Of a stretch of 36,809 bases of DNA, positions 1 through 6,568 are shown piece after piece; the stretch's first letter is position 1, and the number at the start of each line of letters is the position of its first letter. The notes below the pieces were generated by a model. It was not told the DNA's origin. It worked only from the letters and a program-made list of their open reading frames with translations, and searched no databases. A program made the translations under genes and the position numbers. Origin of the DNA: Clostridia bacterium (GTDB taxonomy: Bacteria; Bacillota; Clostridia; Christensenellales; UBA1242); contig JAZOQJ010000028.1 of NCBI GenBank assembly GCA_045655985.1, positions 1 through 36,809 of the forward strand, in the 5' to 3' direction.

Positions 1-1190
1 CCAATACCAAAACCTCCATGTGGAGCGCAACCATATTTAAAGAATTCTAAATAAAATTCAACATCTTTAGCAAGGCCTTTTTCCTGAGCTTGTTGTTTTA
101 AAATTTCGTACCTATGTTCCCTTTGCGCACCTGTTGTAATTTCAACGCCTTTCCAAATAAGGTCATAGCCTTGAGGAATGCCGTTTTCACGTTTGTGGTA
201 GAATGCCCTTTTCCTAGCGCCAAAATCAGTCACTACTAAAAATTCATGATTATATACTTCTTTAGAAAATTTTTCACAAAGTTTTTCAGCCTCAGTAGTA
301 AGGTCGTCTTGCTCGCTTTCAGGGCAAGTATAGCCATAACGTTTTTCAAGTTCTACATAAAGGTCTTTAAGTTTAATAGTTGGGAAAGGAAGAGTTGGTA
401 CAACAACATCCACACCAAAAAGCTCTTTTATTTCATTTCCATATTTTTCTTTAACTGCCAAAAGACCAGCATGAAGTAGCTCTTCTTCAACATGAACAAC
501 GTCCATAAAACTATCAATATTGCTAATTTCTAGGTCAAAACCTGTAAACTCAGTCGCGTGTTTACGAGAATGTGATTTTTCCGCCCTAAACACAGGACCA
601 CACTCAAACACCCTGCCCAAGCCACCACATAAAGCCATTTGTTTGTAAAATTGTGGGCTTTGCGCCAAATATGCTTTAGTGTCAAAATATTTTACTTCAA
701 ACACTTCACTACCACTTTCACTAGCTGCTGCAATTAGTTTTGGTGAATGGATTTCAATAAATTCGTTTTTAATTAAGTATTCACGCATTGCGGCAGTAAT
801 AAGAGTTTGAACTTTAAGCATTAATAAGTTTTTTTCCTGCCTTAAGTCAAGCCACCTATAATCTATACGTTGGTCAATGCTACTATCCTTATCAATAGGA
901 TAAGCGCAAGAAGTACTTGTAACCTCAACAGCAGTCGCTAAAACTTCCTGACCGCCCATTTTAACATACTCACTTTTAACAAGTTCGCCTTCAACAATAA
1001 CAGTTGCTCCCGCTAGGCAGTGATAAAATATTTCGCCTACTTCTGGATATTTTACTTTATCAACAGTTACTTGAATTTTACCAGAAAAGTCCTTTAAAAC
1101 AATAAATTGAATGCTTTTTTTGTCTCGCACTGTATCAACTATGCCATGAAAACGAACAAAACCTGGTTGCAATTTACTAATTTGTGTCAT
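1..1190 (-). CDS. aspS: aspartate--tRNA ligase, archaeal/type-2 class IIb; the C-terminal ~30 aa run off the window edge
   Basis: Not in the ORF track because the stop lies outside the window. Hand translation from the ATG at 1190..1188 (SD GTGAGGT upstream) stays open to nt 1. It reads MTQISKLQPGFVRFHGIV...DQRIDYRWLDLR...FRAEKSHSRKHATEFTGFDLE...FLVVTDFGARKRAFYH...GVEITTGAQREHRYE...GCAPHGGFGIG, covering class II motifs 1-3 and the AspRS-type QRE and PHGG signatures. The upstream T-box specifier is GAC (Asp). Confidence 0.85.
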   Translation of the reverse strand, partial: MTQISKLQPGFVRFHGIVDTVRDKKSIQFIVLKDFSGKIQVTVDKVKYPEVGEIFYHCLAGATVIVEGELVKSEYVKMGGQEVLATAVEVTSTSCAYPIDKDSSIDQRIDYRWLDLRQEKNLLMLKVQTLITAAMREYLIKNEFIEIHSPKLIAAASESGSEVFEVKYFDTKAYLAQSPQFYKQMALCGGLGRVFECGPVFRAEKSHSRKHATEFTGFDLEISNIDSFMDVVHVEEELLHAGLLAVKEKYGNEIKELFGVDVVVPTLPFPTIKLKDLYVELEKRYGYTCPESEQDDLTTEAEKLCEKFSKEVYNHEFLVVTDFGARKRAFYHKRENGIPQGYDLIWKGVEITTGAQREHRYEILKQQAQEKGLAKDVEFYLEFFKYGCAPHGGFGI

Positions 1191-1217
1191 ACTTTTTACC
1201 TCACTTATTTATCATTA

Positions 1218-1428
1218 GAAAACAAAAACGCCCTAATGATTTTAAATTAAAAACCATTAGGACGAAATTTTTTCCGTGGTGCCACCTAACTTGGTAAGGA
1301 AATCCCTTACCCACTCTTTATATTAAATTATGCTCAAAAGTGTCCTTCATTTAAGCGCAACTAATAGGTTTACACTATCCCTACCTCACTCAAAAGCGCG
1401 TACTTAAACTACTCTCTTCATCAACGCT
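1218..1428 (-). promoter_or_regulatory. T-box leader riboswitch, specifier GAC (tRNA-Asp), with intrinsic terminator
   Basis: The minus strand reads AGCGTTGATGAAGAGAGTAG (GA motif plus AGTA box) ... GAAG-GAC-A-CTTTTGAGCA (specifier at 1344..1342, followed by a purine). It continues with the T-box sequence AAGTTAGGTGGCACCACGG (complement of 1275..1287). The terminator is CGTCCTAATGG...TCATTAGGGCG (stems 1255..1264 and 1229..1238) followed by TTTTTGTTTT. Confidence 0.85.
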
Positions 1429-1434
1429 AGATAT

Positions 1435-1464
1435 ATTTTAAACTACAACCTTAAAATTTGTCAA
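1435..1464 (-). promoter_or_regulatory. sigma-A type promoter for the T-box/aspS transcript
   Basis: Minus strand: TTGACA (1464..1459), 18-nt spacer, TAAAAT (1440..1435), directly 5' of the T-box stem I. Confidence 0.5.
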
Positions 1465-1540
1465 TAGTTTTTCAATCTTTTTTAAAAGATGCATTAAATT
1501 TAATAAAATCACTCGAAAAATTCAAGAAATTCAATTTTTC

Positions 1541-1569
1541 TTGCTTTTTATAATATTTTTACATATACT
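1541..1569 (+). promoter_or_regulatory. promoter TTGCTT-17-TATACT ending 6 nt before the ATG of the downstream gene (leaderless-mRNA candidate)
   Basis: TTGCTT at 1541..1546, 17-nt spacer, TATACT at 1564..1569, then cttttt and the ATG at 1576. No purine-rich SD lies anywhere in the 20 nt before the ATG. Confidence 0.45.
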
Positions 1570-1575
1570 CTTTTT

Positions 1576-2871
1576 ATGCAGAAAACAAGTTATTTTAATA
1601 AGGTGTTGTTTTTATTTTCTTTTATTTTACTTGCAATTTTACTTGGTGTTTTTTTACAAAATTTAAATTATAAAAGTAAAATTTTTGCAGAAAATGATAA
1701 ACAATTTGCATCTATTGAAGGTCCACAAAGTTTAAGTTTTACGTATAATGGAAGCCCAGCTGATTTCACTTTTGTAAGCAATAGTGGTGGCGAAATTTTT
1801 ACTCAATATTATGATTTTTATGACAATCTCATTGAAGCGCCAACTAACGCTGGATATTATTATGTTATAGTTACCTGCCTTGAAACTGAAAACTTTTATG
1901 AAACAAGTGAAATATATAATTTTGAAATTTCCAAGGCTCAGTACGAAGGTAAAAACCTAAATATAAAATTTAACACAACTTACGAATACAACAAAACACT
2001 TGATGATTATTTTGAAATATTAATTAATAAATACCCGTTAGATAGTAATTATAGGTTTAAAGAACCAGAAACTTTAGTTAATGCTGGCGAAAATCAAAAA
2101 TTTGAAATGATTTATAACGCCGACCCAGAAAATTTTACTGATTGCGAATTTTACGTAACATTTAATGTTAATAAAGCAACCCTTCATGACTCACTTTTTA
2201 TTTTTACAAGTGATGACGGGATTTATAAAACAGAAGATGATAAATTATATTTTAAATATGATGGCACACCTAAAAATATATACATTGACGGATCAAACGA
2301 TGCAGTTGAAAGCATTAATTATATAAATAATTCTTTAACTGAAGTGGGCGAACACATAGTGTCGGCGCAAATAATTTTAAACGAAAATTACAACCCTATT
2401 AATACAAAATACTGCACCGTTATAATTGAAAAAGGTGTTTTAAATCAAACTTATGTAAACCAAAACTTAACACATACTTATATAGATAAGGTTTTAACTC
2501 TGTCTTTTAAAGAAAGCTTTGATGTTTACATAAAAATACATACTCAGGATGTTTATATGCAGTCCTTAACACTTAACGCCGGCACATACTCTGTTTACTA
2601 TAAAATAGTTAGTGAAAATTATGAGGATTTTGAAGGCGCTACTACCATTGTTTTGGAAGAGGACAGTTTGCCTACACCACCAAATAACAATAATCAAAAC
2701 AATAATCAAAACAACAATCAAACTGAAAACAATAACACAAATAATAACACTATTACGCCTGAAAAAACCAAATATAAAACATTTTTAATAATAATTTCAG
2801 TTTGTGCAAGTTGTGTTATAATTGGTACAATTATTTTTATAATTATTAGGAAAAAGCGTTTTCACTATTAA
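1576..2871 (+). CDS. cell-surface protein with MBG-like repeat modules, N-terminal signal/anchor helix, Asn/Gln-rich stalk and C-terminal transmembrane anchor
   Basis: 431-aa ORF. The N-terminal hydrophobic helix is VLFLFSFILLAILLGVFL. Repeat modules follow the pattern (F/Y)xY(N/D)G(S/T)P...(A/V)G.Y/H...NY...(I)xKA/G, for example FTYNGSP..NAGYYYVIV..IYNFEISKA and FKYDGTP..VGEHIV..NYNPI..TVIIEKG. The stalk is PPNNNNQNNNQNNNQTENNNTNNN. It ends in a TM helix plus RKKRFHY stop-transfer. The MBG assignment is from memory of the family pattern, not a search. Confidence 0.8.
   Translation: MQKTSYFNKVLFLFSFILLAILLGVFLQNLNYKSKIFAENDKQFASIEGPQSLSFTYNGSPADFTFVSNSGGEIFTQYYDFYDNLIEAPTNAGYYYVIVTCLETENFYETSEIYNFEISKAQYEGKNLNIKFNTTYEYNKTLDDYFEILINKYPLDSNYRFKEPETLVNAGENQKFEMIYNADPENFTDCEFYVTFNVNKATLHDSLFIFTSDDGIYKTEDDKLYFKYDGTPKNIYIDGSNDAVESINYINNSLTEVGEHIVSAQIILNENYNPINTKYCTVIIEKGVLNQTYVNQNLTHTYIDKVLTLSFKESFDVYIKIHTQDVYMQSLTLNAGTYSVYYKIVSENYEDFEGATTIVLEEDSLPTPPNNNNQNNNQNNNQTENNNTNNNTITPEKTKYKTFLIIISVCASCVIIGTIIFIIIRKKRFHY
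2689..2724 (+). repeat. in-frame 12-nt tandem repeat (AATAATCAAAAC x2 plus a diverged third unit) encoding the NNQN stalk
   Basis: 2689..2700 and 2701..2712 are identical. 2713..2724 (aacaatcaaact) differs at 2 positions. Confidence 0.7.
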
Positions 2872-2874
2872 ACA

Positions 2875-2905
2875 AAAAAGGCACGTTTAAAAGCGCCTTT
2901 TTTTT
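2875..2905. terminator. bidirectional intrinsic terminator between convergent genes
   Basis: AAAAGGC..(loop)..GCCTTTT stem, flanked by an A-run on the left and a T-run on the right. It sits between the stop at 2871 (+) and the stop at 2908 (-). Confidence 0.7.
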
Positions 2906-2907
2906 AA

Positions 2908-3963
2908 TTATTTTTTATTTTTACTTTTTAAATGTTTAATTAAACCAATAACAAAAAATACAACTATTAACAAACTAATGGTTAAAAAGATTATTAAATT
3001 TACGTTATTTTCCAAATTTACATCAGGCACCCAACACGAAAAGTCAGCTTTAAAAATATCAAACCCGTCAATTTCTTTTTGAACTAATGTATTTTTAAAT
3101 TTAATAAATATTGGTGGTAAATACAAGAAAATATTTACAAGCAATAAAATTAAGCTTGTTTTTAAAAATTTATTAACTTTTAAAAACCTAACACAAAGTA
3201 ATATATTTAATGTTATATAAACTATTGCAACAATTGGCAGCGCTAAATTTAAACACCAAATAGTATTTGAAAACCCATTTGTTGCCGTGTAAATATTAAT
3301 AACAACTAATAAAATGTTAAGCAAAATAAAATCAATACCAACTGATACAAAGTCGTTAAACTTTTTTAATTTATTAAACACACTATATTTTACTATAAAA
3401 ATTGGCATAAAAATTATTATTAACCCTAAAAGCACAGAAAGCGTTGCAACCCAAAACCATGTACCTTTAGTGTAAATAGCGCAGACGCCCAATAGTAAAA
3501 CAAGTGCTAAATACATGGATGCAGGAATAAGCACAAGCCTATAGCTTTTTATAAGTGCAGGAAGGTTGGTGAGCGTAAAGGCTAATACAAGTGCAGACAG
3601 TACAACCCAAAACCAGCTAAGCGTGCCACTTGTTGCTAAATTACATATAAAACATGTTAAAATAGCAATAGAATAAGAAATGTAAAAAAACAAGTTCCAA
3701 GACATTGTAATTGCCCTATATTTTTTTGCCTGCACTTTTTGCTGTCGCAAATCTTTATCAATACTCGCTGTTATCAGTTCATGTTCAGTTACACCTAAAA
3801 TTGATGAAAGCTTGGGTATAAGGTCAATATCGGGATGAGCAATATTTTTTTCCCATTTACTTACTGCTGACTCGCTAACATACAATATACCTGCAAGTTG
3901 TTTTTGAGTAAGGCTTTTATTTTTGCGCCTCTCTTTTAAAAAATCGCCAAAAGTATTTTCCAT
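2908..3963 (-). CDS. XRE-family HTH DNA-binding domain fused to a polytopic membrane domain
   Basis: 351 aa. The N-terminus LKERRKNKSLTQKQLAGILYVSESAVSKWEKNIAHPDIDLIPKLSSILGVTEHELI is a classic HTH_3/XRE signature, followed by about 8 hydrophobic helices. SD is GTAGGAGGA, 7 nt before the ATG. An extended -10 TGTTATAAT lies at 3999..3991. Confidence 0.85.
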   Translation of the reverse strand: MENTFGDFLKERRKNKSLTQKQLAGILYVSESAVSKWEKNIAHPDIDLIPKLSSILGVTEHELITASIDKDLRQQKVQAKKYRAITMSWNLFFYISYSIAILTCFICNLATSGTLSWFWVVLSALVLAFTLTNLPALIKSYRLVLIPASMYLALVLLLGVCAIYTKGTWFWVATLSVLLGLIIIFMPIFIVKYSVFNKLKKFNDFVSVGIDFILLNILLVVINIYTATNGFSNTIWCLNLALPIVAIVYITLNILLCVRFLKVNKFLKTSLILLLVNIFLYLPPIFIKFKNTLVQKEIDGFDIFKADFSCWVPDVNLENNVNLIIFLTISLLIVVFFVIGLIKHLKSKNKK

Positions 3964-4071
3964 TGATGACGTCCTCCTACAAACACTTGAATTATAACAC
4001 TAAAAATATAAATTTACATAACTTTTTTAAAAATTTAATACTTGAAAATTATTCAAGTTATAAAATTAACA

Positions 4072-4099
4072 AAATAAAAAAAAGGGCATAGTGTCCTTT
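4072..4099 (-). terminator. intrinsic terminator after sigH
   Basis: 8-bp stem 4081..4088 / 4092..4099 (one G.U pair) with a 3-nt loop, followed on the minus strand by a U-run (plus-strand A-run 4071..4080). It begins 7 nt after the sigH stop. Confidence 0.55.
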
Positions 4100-4105
4100 T
4101 TTTAT

Positions 4106-4645
4106 TTAAATATCAAGTTTTAATAAAAACTCTAACTTTTTACGTATTTTTACCAATGTATTATCAACCATTTTACGCTTTACATTTAATTTTTCAGCAA
4201 TTTGGTCATATTTTAAGCCATCAATATAATTATATAAAACTTGTTTTTCAAACTGAGATAAATTTTGTTCAATTTGTTTATTTATGTACAACATATTTTG
4301 TTGACTTATAAACTTATCTTCCGGATTGGGTTCAAGCGACACAACTAAGTTCATACACTCGACACCATCTTCGCCCGCGATAGTTAATTCATTTAAAACT
4401 TTATTTTTATTGCTATGTGATTGTTTTATTGCAGTTAAAATTTGCCTTGTTATACATAAAACCGCAAAAGTTTTAAAACTTGCATCATTGTTTTCGTCAT
4501 AACTTTGAATGGCTTTATATAAACCAATCATGCCTTCCTGAATTAAATCTTCAATCTCAGCGCCGGCTAAAAAATATCGCCTAGCAATTAAAACGACAAG
4601 CGGTTTATACTCCTTTAAAACTTCATCAATTGGTTTATTTAGCAA
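4106..4645 (-). CDS. sigH: RNA polymerase sigma factor SigH (sigma-70 family), short form, TTG start
   Basis: 179 aa. YKPLVVLIARRYFLAGAEIEDLIQEGMIGLYKAIQSYDENNDASFKTFAVLCITRQILTAIK aligns closely with the B. subtilis SigH region 2 as I remember it (RSYFLIGADREDIVQEGMIGLYKSIRDF...FAELCITRQIITAIK). The C-terminal region 4 HTH is YDQIAEKLNVKRKMVDNTLVKIRKKL. The start codon is TTG at 4645..4643, with SD AAAGGAG inside the 3' end of rlmB. The rlmB-sigH gene order is conserved in Firmicutes. Confidence 0.85.
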   Translation of the reverse strand: MLNKPIDEVLKEYKPLVVLIARRYFLAGAEIEDLIQEGMIGLYKAIQSYDENNDASFKTFAVLCITRQILTAIKQSHSNKNKVLNELTIAGEDGVECMNLVVSLEPNPEDKFISQQNMLYINKQIEQNLSQFEKQVLYNYIDGLKYDQIAEKLNVKRKMVDNTLVKIRKKLEFLLKLDI

Positions 4646-4647
4646 TA

Positions 4648-5376
4648 TTAATTTCTCCTTTGACGCACAACTTCATATAAACATATGCCACACGCTACGC
4701 TTGCATTAAGTGAATTTATTTTACCTTTCATATCAAGGCTCACAACTCCGTCAGAAAGTTCACGAGTAAGGCGCGATACTCCAAAACCTTCACTTCCAAC
4801 AACTAAAGCAATATTGCCAGTAAAGTCAGTTTTGTAAATGCTTTCGCCGTCAGCCTCCATGCTATACACCCAAACATTTTGACGTTTTAAAGACCTTATG
4901 CAATCGTTAATATTTGTAACTTTTGCAATGCGCATATTATACGCTGCGCCAGTTGAAACCTTAATAACTGTTTCATTAACCAAACAACTTCTGTTTGCAG
5001 GAATAACAATGCCGTGCACGCCTGCGCACTCAGCAGACCTTATTATAGAGCCTAGATTATGTGGGTCCGTAACCTCGTCAACAAGCAAAATAAAAGCATT
5101 TTCATTTTTATTATTTGCATAATTTAAAATATCTTCAACAGAGCAATACGAATAGTCCTGCATTTTTGCCATTATGCCTTGATGAAAGCCACTTTTGGCA
5201 TTGTTTTCAAAAAACACTTTATTTTTTATAATTACGTCAATATTTTTGTTTTTAGCACTTAATATTATTTCTTTTAAAACTGTATTATTTTGCAACGAAT
5301 CAAGCACATAAACACATAAAATTTTCGAGCTAGAACTTAATGCTTCACGTACTGCATTTTTACCTTCAATTATCAT
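4648..5376 (-). CDS. rlmB: 23S rRNA (guanosine-2'-O)-methyltransferase RlmB, SpoU/TrmH family
   Basis: 242 aa. SpoU motifs present: DEVTDPHNLGSIIRSAECAGVHGIV, VVGSEGFGVSRLTRE and SLNASVACGICLYE. An N-terminal SpoU substrate-binding-like region is present. It sits directly upstream of sigH, like yacO/rlmB in Bacillus. Confidence 0.85.
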   Translation of the reverse strand: MIIEGKNAVREALSSSSKILCVYVLDSLQNNTVLKEIILSAKNKNIDVIIKNKVFFENNAKSGFHQGIMAKMQDYSYCSVEDILNYANNKNENAFILLVDEVTDPHNLGSIIRSAECAGVHGIVIPANRSCLVNETVIKVSTGAAYNMRIAKVTNINDCIRSLKRQNVWVYSMEADGESIYKTDFTGNIALVVGSEGFGVSRLTRELSDGVVSLDMKGKINSLNASVACGICLYEVVRQRRN

Positions 5377-5582
5377 AAATACCTTCCAACAATATAAACT
5401 ATAGGAAGTAAATTTGAAACAAGTTCAAATTTTGTGTTAAAAATTCAACACTACTTGAAAAATCAAGCACTTCCCGTTTGAATAAACATCAGTTATCCGA
5501 AAATCACTTTGTGATGCTTTCGTATAACTTCCAATAATATAATACAATAAATTTAAATATAAATCAAAAATTATCTTTCAAA

Positions 5583-5615
5583 GTAAAAAATTAAGCAGAG
5601 AACAACCCTCTGCTT
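5583..5615 (-). terminator. intrinsic terminator after the 5631..6446 gene
   Basis: The minus strand reads AAGCAGAG-GGTTGTT-CTCTGCTT (stems 5608..5615 and 5593..5600), followed by AATTTTTTAC. Confidence 0.75.
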
Positions 5616-5630
5616 AAAATTAACCTTTAA

Positions 5631-6446
5631 TTAAAAATCAAAACCTTCAGGCTCATCTGTAAAATTAGTTTCTGTTAAAACTGTTTCACTTTTTTCTTCT
5701 TCAACTTTTTCTTGCTTATTAGTTTTAAATTCAATTAATTTTTGTTGATTTTCTTTTTTTTCAGCAATTGTATTATCATATAAATAAACGATAGCTAAAA
5801 TATTCATAGGCATTATGAAAATTAAATAAGCAATAACGCCAATAATTAAACCAATAATCCACCAAGTAAAGAAACCAAAAATTAATTTAAAAATTAAAAA
5901 GCTTAAACCAATACCCGCGCCAATTAAAATAACAAGCATAGCAAAGTAAATTAAAAGTGTACATAAAATTCTGCCTTTAAAGCCTTTAGCAAGTTCTTTT
6001 GCCTTTAAAAATGCGTCAAAACATTTACTTGTAGTGTTTGAAGCAATTGGTAGTGCAAAAATAAAGAAAGTTACAAAAATAAATGCAGGAATTAAAAATA
6101 AAACACTACCAAATAAAGTTGCAGCTGTAAATAAAAAGCCAATTAAAATGTTAGATAATGAATATTGGTCCTTTTTAAACAAGTCCTCCAAAGCGCCCCT
6201 GCCCTCAGCAACGTTGCACATAAAATTAATGTAAGGAATAAATAAAATACCATAAACAAATGATACAACTAAAAGTGAAGTAGAAATAGAACCAGTGATG
6301 CCGGCCATAATACCAAACACAATTGATACAATTGCAAGCATAAATACAGAACCTAATATAGCCTTAGTTTGCTTCCTTTTTAAGGATGTAAATGCTTCTG
6401 TCACAATATCAAAAGCATTAAAAGTTTTTTCGTTTTTATTTTGCAT
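5631..6446 (-). CDS. polytopic membrane protein (DUF975/YciC-like topology) with acidic C-terminal tail
   Basis: The ORF track gives 5631..6488. I place the start at the internal ATG 6446..6444 (MQNKNEKTF...), which is preceded by the SD AGGGGGA; the upstream ATG has no SD. About 6 hydrophobic helices, then EKKENQQKLIEFKTNKQEKVEEEKSE...DEPEGFDF. The family name is tentative. Confidence 0.7.
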   Translation of the reverse strand: MQNKNEKTFNAFDIVTEAFTSLKRKQTKAILGSVFMLAIVSIVFGIMAGITGSISTSLLVVSFVYGILFIPYINFMCNVAEGRGALEDLFKKDQYSLSNILIGFLFTAATLFGSVLFLIPAFIFVTFFIFALPIASNTTSKCFDAFLKAKELAKGFKGRILCTLLIYFAMLVILIGAGIGLSFLIFKLIFGFFTWWIIGLIIGVIAYLIFIMPMNILAIVYLYDNTIAEKKENQQKLIEFKTNKQEKVEEEKSETVLTETNFTDEPEGFDF

Positions 6447-6488
6447 AATTTTCCCCCTAAATAGACAAATATTATAAAAAACGCTCAA

Positions 6489-6517
6489 ATTATATCAAAA
6501 ATTTTGGTCAATTTCAA
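6489..6517 (-). promoter_or_regulatory. sigma-A promoter TTGAAA-17-TGaTATAAT
   Basis: Minus strand: TTGAAA (6517..6512), 17-nt spacer, extended -10 TGATATAAT (6497..6489). It lies about 40 nt upstream of the ATG at 6446. Confidence 0.5.
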
Positions 6518-6568
6518 TACCTTTTGTCAAAAAAAATAATTTTGCTACAATAATCTATATGTTAATTA

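Noticed and set aside
246-479. 77-aa plus-strand ORF from the track
   Set aside because: It lies antisense inside the aspS reading frame, which I translated continuously from 1190 to 1 with all class II motifs. It has no SD and a low-complexity F/K-rich product typical of antisense frames in AT-rich DNA.
6512-6525. The 14-mer TTTCAATACCTTTT shared with 30973..30986, both overlapping predicted TTGAAA -35 boxes
   Set aside because: By my rough estimate, several chance 14-mer repeats are expected in an AT-rich window of this size. The shared part is mostly the -35 hexamer plus an A/T tract. It does not fit the sigma-H promoter consensus I remember.
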